A DNA stretch of 19,134 bases from contig JBHLPF010000023.1 of NCBI GenBank assembly GCA_048939765.1, forward strand, positions 1-19,134. Direction: 5' to 3'. Below, one piece after another: positions 1 through 8,714 of the stretch; position 1 is the stretch's first letter; every line of letters starts with the position of its first letter. The notes beneath the pieces are model-generated. The model did no database searches. It saw only the letters and a list, made by a program, of their open reading frames with translations, and was not told the origin of the DNA. Made by a program: the position numbers and the translations under genes. This DNA comes from Promethearchaeota archaeon. Its GTDB lineage: Archaea > Asgardarchaeota > Thorarchaeia > Thorarchaeales > Thorarchaeaceae.

Positions 1-285
1 GAGGGCGTATTTAGTCGTTCTGTTATGATTGAATTTCATCCAATCCTGATTCTCTGGGGGCAATCAAGACTAATCTTAGTGAGGCGTTCTAGAACAGGAT
101 CCATGGAGAATGGGGCATGATCTTTAGAGTGACTTTCTTGGCTCTAAGAGAGTTTTTGCATAGACAGCTCAGTAACGAATGATTCTGTATAATGCAATAG
201 GCTAACTAATAGATTTGATATGCGTTGGAAGCATAGTGAATCTGACTAAGCTACGCATAGTCCTTCGATATGGAGAGGGCCGAAT

Positions 286-1275
286 ATGTTTGGCGCAGAG
301 GAATTGAAAGACCATATTGAAATTACCAAGAAGACTGTTGAATGTCCGGTTAAAGGTTGTACTGAAAAAGTGGTGCGCAAGTACAAACCAGACACTCACA
401 AGTATACGGATGAATTCAGATGCAAAACACACAACATTTTCATCTCTCCTTCGACCTTTAAATACCAGAACGAGTTAGACAATCTGCTCTGGAAAGAACC
501 ATCAGATTTAGAGTTACTCAAGGGAATCAAAGCGCCCAGAAACAAGAGAGAGAGTCGGTTTGGCCACGATAACAGCGAAGATGCCCTAAGCTGGAATGTC
601 TTTAGATTCTTGGAACGGAATAATCTAATTGAAGGATTCTTGGACTCAATCAGCGACAGTTCACCGAGATCATCCGAAGTGATTTATTGGTCATATCGTC
701 AGAGTGAAGATAAGGGCTGGTCCCTCTTAGATGCAGCAAGAACGAAGTTTGGTGAGAAGACCAAAAGGGGTTCAGAGCCCGATATCATAATCAAGACTGA
801 TACTGGACTGTTCTTTATTGAGGCAAAATTGACCGCTGGAAATTCAACTGACCCCAGTAACCCTAGCTATTCCAAAATCTATGAGACCTGTGCTGATAAC
901 TGGTTCTCAGAAGTATTTGAATCGGACTACGAAACAATTGCACTGGTTGAAAAGAAATACGAACTAATGCGGTTCTGGCTGCTTGGAACTTGGATGGCGA
1001 AAATCCTTGATTTGGATTTCTATCTCATCAATCTAGTGCCGTCCAGACGAGAGAAGAACATCGAGGCCGTCTTTAGAAAACATGTCAAGAAGAATCAGCG
1101 AAGAAGATTTCTACGAGTCACATGGGAGAGTATTCACCAGTTTATAGCGAAAAGAAGTGTCTTTTTCGATGCGACAAGTCCATTTAGAGATAGGGAAATC
1201 ATGATGAGATATTTCAGGAATAAGACCATTGGCTATAGAGATGGAAGATTGAGAAGAGCATTTTCAATCCTATGA
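286..1275 (+). CDS. PD-(D/E)XK nuclease-fold (restriction endonuclease-like) protein with N-terminal putative Zn-binding motif
   Basis: 329-aa ORF preceded by GGAGAGG. Motif GSEPDIIIKTDTGLFFIEAK fits PD-x(n)-(D/E)xK, with a downstream YELMR helix and a 'VTWESI' strand typical of this fold. N-terminal C20-x4-C25-x20-C46-x2-H49. Confidence 0.7.
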   Translation: MFGAEELKDHIEITKKTVECPVKGCTEKVVRKYKPDTHKYTDEFRCKTHNIFISPSTFKYQNELDNLLWKEPSDLELLKGIKAPRNKRESRFGHDNSEDALSWNVFRFLERNNLIEGFLDSISDSSPRSSEVIYWSYRQSEDKGWSLLDAARTKFGEKTKRGSEPDIIIKTDTGLFFIEAKLTAGNSTDPSNPSYSKIYETCADNWFSEVFESDYETIALVEKKYELMRFWLLGTWMAKILDLDFYLINLVPSRREKNIEAVFRKHVKKNQRRRFLRVTWESIHQFIAKRSVFFDATSPFRDREIMMRYFRNKTIGYRDGRLRRAFSIL

Positions 1276-1287
1276 CAGTACACCGAT

Positions 1288-1797
1288 TCATGAGTCAATA
1301 CTCTCATCGGTTCCACAGTTACTATAGGTGTTACCAGACACCAGATAGTTATCCGTATCACTCATTGTGATTCCAATGCCACAGTTTGAGATTTCATTGT
1401 TGAGAATCCCTATATTGCTGCATCGAAACACCCATACTCCGAATCGGGAATTGCTGATGTCACAATTCTCGATGATGATATTCGTGGCATCTGTGAAATC
1501 TACTGTAATTCCACCCGTTCTTGTCGCTGATAGTGTGCAATCTCGAATGACCACGTAAGCCGCAGTATTGCGGATTGAGATACAAAAACTGCCTCCGAAA
1601 ACAGGATTGGATGATATCCATCGACCTTCAATCAAATATGGGTCATCACTTGTCCCATTGCCTGGCAAATTCAGGTCCTCAAAGTCAGAGTCACTTCGAA
1701 TAATGATGCCGGTTCCACCACCCAGAAAATAGAAGGTGGCAAAAATACCAACGATTATTATGACAAGTATTATGCCAGCTGCCTTCTTGTTCACCAC
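1288..1797 (-). CDS. Small membrane-anchored/secreted right-handed parallel beta-helix (NosD/CASH-like) protein
   Basis: Basic N-terminus plus hydrophobic segment (KKAAGIILVIIIVGIFATFYFL), a GNGTSDDPYLIEG motif, and beta-helix repeats (NIIIENCDISN, NIGILNNEISN, NYLVSGNTYSN). GTG start with AGGGGGT upstream. Confidence 0.8.
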   Translation of the reverse strand: MVNKKAAGIILVIIIVGIFATFYFLGGGTGIIIRSDSDFEDLNLPGNGTSDDPYLIEGRWISSNPVFGGSFCISIRNTAAYVVIRDCTLSATRTGGITVDFTDATNIIIENCDISNSRFGVWVFRCSNIGILNNEISNCGIGITMSDTDNYLVSGNTYSNCGTDESIDS

Positions 1798-1822
1798 ATA
1801 ACCCCCTAGATTGAGTCAAAAA

Positions 1823-1838
1823 TCAAGACATATCTTGA
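1823..1838. promoter_or_regulatory. Perfect inverted repeat TCAAGA-N4-TCTTGA, candidate transcription-factor operator
   Basis: Seen directly. It lies between a minus-strand TTAAAT box (1842-1847) and the start of the 1288-1797 gene, in a divergent intergenic region. Confidence 0.4.
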
Positions 1839-1984
1839 CGGATTTAAGTATGCTGCATTGGCAAGATTCTGGATTAGTCATTAGGCGTTATGATGAACTT
1901 CCAAGCAGATGAATCCCTCAACCCTGTAATTGATGGGATTGATTTAACTGTAAGGAGAAGCAATCAATAGAGGGTGCAACACAT

Positions 1985-3262
1985 ATGGCTTTTGAATCAG
2001 CCTTCACGATGGATAGCTCCAGCATCAAATACGGTCCCGGTGTTACCAAAGAAGTAGGCTATGATATGAAGAAACTGGGCGCACACCGAATATTGGTAGT
2101 CACCGACCCAAACATTGCTGAAGGTGAACCGGTAGAAGTTGCCCTTGACTCTTTAGGAAACGAGGGTCTAGAAGCAGTCTTGTTTGATGAAGTTCGGGTT
2201 GAACCTACTGACGGATCCTTAAAAGAGGCAATTGAATTCGCAGCAGAAGGTAACTTTGATGGATTTGTTGGTGTTGGCGGTGGTTCTAGTATGGATACCG
2301 CCAAAGTTGCAAATCTATATTCTACTTATCCGGCTGATTTCCTAGATTATGTCAATCAACCAATTGGCAAAGGAATTCCTGTCCCTGGGCCATTGAAACC
2401 TATGATTGCTATTCCAACTACAGCAGGAACAGGAAGTGAAACGACAGGAGTGGCAATTTTCGATCTAGAGAGTATGCATGCAAAAACAGGAATTGCTCAT
2501 AGGACATTACGGCCAAATATGGGAATTATAGATCCCAATAATACTAGAACAGTTCCGAAGATCATCACTGCCTCTTGTGGATTTGATGTTCTTTGTCATG
2601 CATTGGAATCGATTACGGCACTTCCCTATAGTGATCGCGCCGCTCCAGAAAGCCCCGAGTTAAGACCAGCTTACCAAGGTGCTAACCCAATCAGCCACAT
2701 ATGGGCCTCCAAAGCAATAGAAATGGTTTCTCAAAACATCACGAGTGTAGTTCAGAACTCTGATGATGACGAAGCTCGATCAAATATGATTCTAGCGGCA
2801 ACTTATGCAGGCATAGGATTTGGAAATGCTGGCGTACATCTGGCTCACGGAATGTCGTACCCTATATCCGGAATGGTCAAAGAATATATTCCTGAAGGAA
2901 TGAAATCAGAACACCCAATAATACCTCATGGAATGAGTGTCGTTCTCGTTTCTCCTGCCGTTTTCCGCTTCATATCTGAGATTAATCCTGAGCCACAACT
3001 CAATGCTGCTGAATTAATGGGCGTAGATACATCTGGAGCAGATCCTAGAGATGCCGGTGAAATTCTCGCTGGAAGAATTATCGAGTTAATGAAAGCCACC
3101 GGAATGCCAAATGGTCTTACCGCTGTCGGATTTGACAAAGGCGATGTTGAGTGGCTGGTTAAAGGAACTCTACCCCAACATCGAGTGACCAAATTATCTC
3201 CTCGGTCAGCTAATGCTGAAGATTTGAGAAGGCTATTTGAAGAATCAATGGTTATTTGGTAA
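1985..3262 (+). CDS. Hydroxyacid-oxoacid transhydrogenase (iron-containing alcohol dehydrogenase family, ADHFE1/HOT-like)
   Basis: GGGSSMDTAK, PTTAGTGSETTGVAIFD, GFDVLCHALES, RPAYQGANPIS, GFGNAGVHLAHGMSYP and PHG motifs are characteristic of the HOT subfamily. Confidence 0.9.
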   Translation: MAFESAFTMDSSSIKYGPGVTKEVGYDMKKLGAHRILVVTDPNIAEGEPVEVALDSLGNEGLEAVLFDEVRVEPTDGSLKEAIEFAAEGNFDGFVGVGGGSSMDTAKVANLYSTYPADFLDYVNQPIGKGIPVPGPLKPMIAIPTTAGTGSETTGVAIFDLESMHAKTGIAHRTLRPNMGIIDPNNTRTVPKIITASCGFDVLCHALESITALPYSDRAAPESPELRPAYQGANPISHIWASKAIEMVSQNITSVVQNSDDDEARSNMILAATYAGIGFGNAGVHLAHGMSYPISGMVKEYIPEGMKSEHPIIPHGMSVVLVSPAVFRFISEINPEPQLNAAELMGVDTSGADPRDAGEILAGRIIELMKATGMPNGLTAVGFDKGDVEWLVKGTLPQHRVTKLSPRSANAEDLRRLFEESMVIW

Positions 3263-3408
3263 AAGGACTTAGTCACTTAGCTCATCCATGGACCACGACG
3301 TCACTTGAAGACTGGTTTTGCCCCCCTTCAACAAGCAGCCATAGTGCATCCTTCCAGATAGAGATTTATCCCCGATTTCGATGCAATTTCGTCTAGGAGT
3401 CGAATCTA

Positions 3409-4389
3409 TTGAAGAGGAGAATGAAGTTCGGTGCTAGGCTGAGTCGTGTGATTTCGACAGTAGCTCCTGATAGTGAAAACATCAACATCACGCCATACGA
3501 CCGCATTCAATGGCCGTTGGTACGAGAGGTTGCCCAAGAATGTGAGCGGCTTGGATTCGATTCGGTTATCATGCCGGATCATCCCATGGAAGATGTATCC
3601 CGACTTGCCTGTTGGTCCACAATAGCTGCGCTAGCAGAGGCTACGAAGCGAGTCACTATTGGCACACTCACTGTAAATACAATGAGATATCTCCCCAATC
3701 CCTCGCTGTTCATAAAGGAGATTGCCACACTGGATCAGATTGCTGACGGCCGACTGTACCCTCTTGGCCTAGGTTTAGGCTGGACCCCCTTAGAATATGA
3801 GGCCTTTGGATTCCCATATCCAGCTCATAAGATTCGACTCGCCCAGATGGTGGAAACGATTGAGCTGATGAATCTGATGTTTTCGAAAGAGGGGAAGATA
3901 TCGTACGAAGGGGAATACTTCCAAGTCAAGGACCTCATCTGCAAACCAAAACCGGTTCAGAAACCATTTCCCATAGTCATCGGGGCTCGAGGAAACCGTA
4001 CACTCCGAGTTGCTGCGAAATACGCGGATCATATCGACATCTATGGCGGCATGAATCTTGACGACCTCCAAGAGCGACTCAACTTTGTTGAGAAGACCTG
4101 TAACGAATACGGTCGAAACTTCAAGGATATAGTATTCTCATGGGGCTGCTGGTTCTGGATCTATGAAAATGAGAAGGAGTTTAGTGAGTATTCTGCCGAG
4201 GTTCAGCGTTTGAACAATCTGCCGGACAATCCATTCGTGGTTCAAATGGGCACTCCTGAGGAGATTGTTGAGATGTTTGAATCTCTCAAGGAAGTGGGAA
4301 TCACCTATTTCACCCTCCGGTTTGAAGATTTCCCCAGCAAGAGAGGCCTGCGGCTGTTTGCGGAATATGTTATGCCTGAATTCAGGTGA
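3409..4389 (+). CDS. LLM-class (luciferase-like) flavin/F420-dependent oxidoreductase
   Basis: ECERLGFDSVIMPDH, AALAEATKRVTIGTLT, TLDQIADGR..LGLGLGW, PKPVQKPFPIVIG, LRVAAKYAD, GTPEEIVE and LFAEYVMPEF. TTG start with AGGAG at 3395-3399; ATG at 3421 is an alternative start. Confidence 0.88.
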   Translation: MKRRMKFGARLSRVISTVAPDSENINITPYDRIQWPLVREVAQECERLGFDSVIMPDHPMEDVSRLACWSTIAALAEATKRVTIGTLTVNTMRYLPNPSLFIKEIATLDQIADGRLYPLGLGLGWTPLEYEAFGFPYPAHKIRLAQMVETIELMNLMFSKEGKISYEGEYFQVKDLICKPKPVQKPFPIVIGARGNRTLRVAAKYADHIDIYGGMNLDDLQERLNFVEKTCNEYGRNFKDIVFSWGCWFWIYENEKEFSEYSAEVQRLNNLPDNPFVVQMGTPEEIVEMFESLKEVGITYFTLRFEDFPSKRGLRLFAEYVMPEFR

Positions 4390-4460
4390 TAGAAGCCGTA
4401 AAGATCGCAAACTGGCATACTCTTAAAACTCGTGAATGGCAGAGATTAATTCTGGTCAGG

Positions 4461-5093
4461 ATGGAGCCAATAGACGCATTCACGATTATTGTCGTATTAG
4501 CTATGTTTGGTGAAGCCTACTCAAGGAACCGACTAAACAATAGAGTTGACGCTATACTCAAGGACTCTGAGTTACAGGGAAGAACTTGTGAATTTCCAAA
4601 AGATATCCGAGTAGAGTTGATGAGTGTACCAACACCTCCAGATGAGTGGAGTCCGGGCCTCGGAGCCTACCTTAATGCAAGGCCTATGTTGATATTCTTC
4701 GTGATAATATTGGGGTGGGCTGGCTTTTTGACCTTGATTGGGCTTGTTGCAACGGTCCCCAAGATGATACTTGCTATACTGGCGGTTGTTTTGGTGGTGG
4801 CCCTTCATTCAGGACCCGATTTTTACACCCTCATCGAGTACTTCCTTCAAATCGCTGCGGAAACAGAGAGTGACTTTCTTAGTGATCACCAACTTGGATT
4901 GCTTTCTCATGCGAAAAACCACTTTGAAGCTTGGATCCTTCTGCAATTACTGTTCTCAATAGGACTCTTAGTGGGAGTTCTTTTGCCGATTGAACTAGCG
5001 GGTTACTATCTACTTGCTTTTTCATTCGTCATCTTCGTGGTCCTCGGAGATGTGTACCAAATTGAAAGAGGGATATTCGCTGGACCTGGATAG
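4461..5093 (+). CDS. Hypothetical integral membrane protein (about 5 TM segments)
   Basis: Several long hydrophobic stretches. The in-frame ATG at 4461 (MEPIDAFTII) with a TTAAAA box about 35 nt upstream is preferred over the GTG at 4386. No family recognised. Confidence 0.65.
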   Translation: MEPIDAFTIIVVLAMFGEAYSRNRLNNRVDAILKDSELQGRTCEFPKDIRVELMSVPTPPDEWSPGLGAYLNARPMLIFFVIILGWAGFLTLIGLVATVPKMILAILAVVLVVALHSGPDFYTLIEYFLQIAAETESDFLSDHQLGLLSHAKNHFEAWILLQLLFSIGLLVGVLLPIELAGYYLLAFSFVIFVVLGDVYQIERGIFAGPG

Positions 5094-5171
5094 CCTTCAA
5101 TAGGAGTATTTTCTAATAGCGGATTGCAGCCAGTATAGTCAAATGAACCGAAATAAGATGGTGAGAATGAA

Positions 5172-5978
5172 TTGGAGTTCAAAGATCAGGTAGCAATCAT
5201 CACTGGTGCCGCTCGCGGGATTGGAGCCGCCACTGCGTGGGCGTTTGCAGAGCGTGGAGCCACATCCATTATTGTTGATATAAATGGCGAAGGAGCAGAA
5301 GGGGTCGCCGCAGAGATTCAGGCAAGAGGACTCAACGCCATGGCGTTCACAGTTGATGTTTCCAAGAAGCTGGAAGTTGATGTCATGACAGAAGAGGTGT
5401 TCAACAAGTTCGGCAGGATCGACATTCTAGTGAACAATGCCTATATCTCAGGCGGATATGCGATTGTCACCGAAACCTCTCATGAAACGTGGGACAGAGT
5501 GATTGCCGTTAACTTGACTGGCGCCTTCAATTGTGCGCAGGCGGTCGCCAAGAAAATGATTCAACAGAAATCAGGCAAGATCATCAACATTTCCAGTGGA
5601 GCTGGAATCAATGGTAGCCTGTCCTCTGGTGTCCAATACCCTGCAAGCAAAGCGGGTATGATTGGCCTGACCAAAGGTCTTGCAGGAGACTTGGCTCCCT
5701 TCGGCATCAATGTCAATTGCATCACGCCAGGGTTGATCAGGACGTGGGAACCTGAGGAGATGGCAGAGCAAGCAACAGGTTGGACAATGGAAAAGGTCGA
5801 ACGATATATTGAGGTCGAAGTGCCCCTGAAACGTGTAGGCGAGCCAGAGGATATCGCTGAAACTATCGCCTTCTTGGCTTCGAAGGCAGCAAGCTATATC
5901 GTCGGCGAAGTCATCAATGTCGATGGTGGAGGAATGCTCGATTCAGTTGCGAAGAGAGAATCGCTTCTTGGCTTCTAA
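5172..5978 (+). CDS. Classical SDR oxidoreductase (FabG/3-oxoacyl-reductase-like)
   Basis: TGAARGIG, DILVNNA, INISS, YPASK catalytic motif, VNCITPG and VDGG. GGTGA RBS at 5160-5164 before the TTG start. Confidence 0.9.
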   Translation: MEFKDQVAIITGAARGIGAATAWAFAERGATSIIVDINGEGAEGVAAEIQARGLNAMAFTVDVSKKLEVDVMTEEVFNKFGRIDILVNNAYISGGYAIVTETSHETWDRVIAVNLTGAFNCAQAVAKKMIQQKSGKIINISSGAGINGSLSSGVQYPASKAGMIGLTKGLAGDLAPFGINVNCITPGLIRTWEPEEMAEQATGWTMEKVERYIEVEVPLKRVGEPEDIAETIAFLASKAASYIVGEVINVDGGGMLDSVAKRESLLGF

Positions 5979-5988
5979 GCTCGAGAGA

Positions 5989-6219
5989 TTACTGCAGTTG
6001 GATGAAATCATCACGGACCAAGACCTCAAGGCCCCTTGAATCAATCTTGACCTTGGCCTCCAAGCGAAATACCTCACAAAAGCGGAGCGCATGATTCACA
6101 TCATCTAGGTTCTGAGAACTCTTGAGCATGATGGACCAGGAATCCCTCCCATGGGTGATAGCATTGTTGATATCCTGTATCCTACGTTGGCATTCGCCAT
6201 CTCGGCAGGCCTTGGTCAT
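5989..6219 (-). CDS. Small hypothetical protein (76 aa), possibly a divergent TusA/SirA-fold protein
   Basis: Fills the gap between the SDR and M20 genes. ATG at 6219 with GGAG upstream and a TATATTA box further upstream. Sequence MTKACRDGECQRRIQDINNAI...FCEVFRL...LEVLVR. Confidence 0.55.
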   Translation of the reverse strand: MTKACRDGECQRRIQDINNAITHGRDSWSIMLKSSQNLDDVNHALRFCEVFRLEAKVKIDSRGLEVLVRDDFIQLQ

Positions 6220-6294
6220 ATGCAGAGCTCCGCGAAACCGGAATTCATGCCTAATATAGAGGTTTTGGTTTCGAAGGTCAATTGAACGAATGAG

Positions 6295-6328
6295 TGCTAC
6301 ACCAAACCAGCCAAGTAGCATGTATATG
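6295..6328 (+). promoter_or_regulatory. Inverted repeat TGCTAC-N14-GTAGCA abutting a TATA-like box (TGTATATG) upstream of the M20 gene
   Basis: Seen directly: arms at 6295-6300 and 6315-6320, TATA-like element at 6321-6328, about 40 nt before the likely start. Confidence 0.3.
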
Positions 6329-6371
6329 GGAAACTTCAAGATGCAGATTGCTCGCAACACAATGGATGACG

Positions 6372-7532
6372 ATGTGGAAAGACAAGGCAATAGCTCTCGT
6401 CGACGAGAATCGCGAGTTGCTGATTGAGATCAGCAGGGAGATGCATAACAATCCAGAGGTCGCGTTCAAAGAAGTCAAAGCTAGTCGTCGCCTGGCGGAT
6501 GAGTTGGAAAAAGCTGGGTTTGAAGTTGAGCTGGGAGTAGCAGGGATGGAAACTGCGATTCGTGCAGTTCATCCTGATAGATCGGATGGGCCTTCGATAG
6601 CCATACTTGCAGAATATGATGCTTTGCCAGAGATAGGTCATGCGTGTGGACACAATCTGGTCGGAAGCGCTGCACTTGGCGCTTGCCTTTCACTTGGAAG
6701 AATCAAGAGGGATTTGCCTGGCAAGCTACTCTTCCTCGGCACCCCCGCAGAGGAGGACATCGGTGGAAAGATCACTATGGTCGATGAAGGGGTTTTCAAG
6801 GACATCGACGCGACAATGATGTTCCACCCGTCATCAGGATACACAGTTGTTGGCAGGCAGGGCCTTGCCCTTACTGAAGTCAAGATTGAGTTTCACGGAA
6901 AAGCCTCTCACGCTGCTGCTAGTCCAGAGAAGGGAATCAATGCGCTAGACGCGGTCATTCAGACTTTCAACGGAATCAATGCGTTACGGCAACACATCAA
7001 AAGCATGTCCAGAATTCATGGAGTCATCACACACGGCGGAGTGAAGCCCAACATCGTACCGGAGTATGCCGCTGCAGATTTCTATGTTCGGGCTCCAGAC
7101 GATGATTACTGTGCTGAACTAGTAAGGAAGGTTGAGAATTGTGCCAAGGGAGCAGCAAGTGCGACAGGGGCCACTCTCGATTTCGAGATTATCGAACCCT
7201 CATATCAGTCTAGAAAGATGAACAAAGCAATGGGAGAAGCATGGAGCAAAAATCTGGAGATCATCGGTGAACCAATGACAGATTTGCCTGAAGGAAGCGG
7301 AGGGTCTAGCGACATAGGCAATGTGAGTCAGGTTGTGCCTGCAATTCATCCATACATCTCGATATGCGATAAGAGCGTGGCAGGTCACTCGAGGGAGTTC
7401 GCGGAAGCATCTGCTTCAGAACGAGGACACGAAGCAATGCTAAACGCTGCAAAAGCCCTGGCCATGACTGCTATCGATCTGTTTACAGACGCCGAGTTCA
7501 TGGAACAGGCCAAGGCAGAGTTTCGTGGCTAG
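6372..7532 (+). CDS. M20 family metallopeptidase/amidohydrolase (ACY1L2/PM20D2-like)
   Basis: HNNPEVAFKE, AEYDALP, GHACGHN, GTPAEE, FHP, GKASHAA, GSSDIGNVS and GHS motifs. Likely start is ATG 6372 or 6366, not GTG 6294. Confidence 0.9.
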   Translation: MWKDKAIALVDENRELLIEISREMHNNPEVAFKEVKASRRLADELEKAGFEVELGVAGMETAIRAVHPDRSDGPSIAILAEYDALPEIGHACGHNLVGSAALGACLSLGRIKRDLPGKLLFLGTPAEEDIGGKITMVDEGVFKDIDATMMFHPSSGYTVVGRQGLALTEVKIEFHGKASHAAASPEKGINALDAVIQTFNGINALRQHIKSMSRIHGVITHGGVKPNIVPEYAAADFYVRAPDDDYCAELVRKVENCAKGAASATGATLDFEIIEPSYQSRKMNKAMGEAWSKNLEIIGEPMTDLPEGSGGSSDIGNVSQVVPAIHPYISICDKSVAGHSREFAEASASERGHEAMLNAAKALAMTAIDLFTDAEFMEQAKAEFRG

Positions 7533-8714
7533 TCACGCGACTTTGGCATCAATAGTCTGCATGAGGAGCCATACGAATTTCAACGTTCGTTCCATTACAT
7601 CCCAGTCCACGTTCTCGAAGACATCGCTCTGTTGATGCCAATGTGGAATGACACCTTCTGGTGTATAGCCCACGAAAGTCAGACATCTCAACCCAGCCTT
7701 GATTCCAATTGCTCCATCAGTGTAAGCCGCCTTCTGCTCTATCGAATACGCTTTGATCTCAGGATTCTCTTCTGCCAAGCGATCAGCCAACGCTATGAGC
7801 TCAGGGTCATATGCGAACGAGAAAATCAGGGTTTCCTTGGTCAAATAGCAGGGTCCTGCTTCTGGACCACCTATGTTGTCCAAATTCAGGTACACAGCAT
7901 CTCCAATTTCATCAAGATGAGAATCAAGCCATGCTGCTGACCCGTACGCTCCAACTTCTTCGCACCCGACATTTACCGCCCAGACTCGAGTATTCTGCAA
8001 TGGCTCATTCGTTACCCTCTCAGCCAAGCCCATTGTCATGGCAGCTCCAGTTGCATTGTCATTCGCACCAGATGTATAGGGTGTGAAGTCTGCGGTGAAT
8101 GCCATGAGGAAAAGCACAAGCACTGGGATGGAAAGTAGCATGGTGACGTAGACAAGCAGCTCAAAGACAATAAAGAGCCGAATCAGATAGAGGATCAACA
8201 ATAGAATTGCGCTGATAAAAGTCAATGTTGTCAACCTATTGAAGATGGAGAACCATCGCAGAGACCTATGGGAGATAGGAGTCCTGTGCGTGTCTAGATG
8301 TCCTACCAAGACGATTGTCTGCTTCGCCTTGGAAACTGGCTCAATCACTGCGCTGACGTTTTGACTCTGCGCCTTTGGAAGAATCCAACGAAGAGGATTA
8401 GATTTGAATGACAATTCAAGGACAAGTGAAAGTATCATTACTCCAGTAATGAGGGAGGCAATCACGGCTCCCACTAGGCCGCCATAAAGATAGACCAACT
8501 CAGACAAGAGCACAAAAAAAGTACCAAGCGTGAAAGGCCTCCAAGCTGATTTTGCACTCATAAATTCCTCAGTGATTGGAGTCAGCCCCAACTCCCTGTA
8601 AACATCTTCTGCATATGTAGCAGCTCTCTTCTCTTCAGGAGTTGTAGATCCTCTTGGGCCAATCTCTACTGCTAGATGGTGAACATGGTTCTTAATCGAG
8701 TCTAATGTCGACAC
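7533..8714 (-). CDS. Membrane-embedded M28 family Zn peptidase
   Basis: IGPR, VGHLD, GANDNATG, GCEEVG, NLDNIG, YTDG and HWHQQSD motifs, with two inserted pairs of hydrophobic helices. GTG at 8714 is preceded by AGGAGG. Confidence 0.85.
   Translation of the reverse strand: MSTLDSIKNHVHHLAVEIGPRGSTTPEEKRAATYAEDVYRELGLTPITEEFMSAKSAWRPFTLGTFFVLLSELVYLYGGLVGAVIASLITGVMILSLVLELSFKSNPLRWILPKAQSQNVSAVIEPVSKAKQTIVLVGHLDTHRTPISHRSLRWFSIFNRLTTLTFISAILLLILYLIRLFIVFELLVYVTMLLSIPVLVLFLMAFTADFTPYTSGANDNATGAAMTMGLAERVTNEPLQNTRVWAVNVGCEEVGAYGSAAWLDSHLDEIGDAVYLNLDNIGGPEAGPCYLTKETLIFSFAYDPELIALADRLAEENPEIKAYSIEQKAAYTDGAIGIKAGLRCLTFVGYTPEGVIPHWHQQSDVFENVDWDVMERTLKFVWLLMQTIDAKVA

Noticed and set aside
1-150. Open frame 1-120 and a weak hairpin (TTAGAG...CTCTAA, about 124-146) as the end of an upstream gene
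   Set aside because: Too short and featureless to support without upstream sequence.
1890-1935. ATGATGA (C-box consensus) suggesting a C/D-box sRNA
   Set aside because: No properly spaced CTGA D/D' boxes or C' box; only degenerate CAGA/TTGA.
3305-3331. TTGAAG...CTTCAA hairpin downstream of HOT
   Set aside because: Short stem and no T-tract; compatible with chance.
6220-6390. N-terminal extension of the 133-aa minus ORF, and likewise the extensions of the M20 (6294), M28 (8732), HAD (12802), membrane protein (4386) and surface protein (16105) ORFs
   Set aside because: They overlap neighbouring genes or promoter/RBS sequence, and better downstream starts exist.
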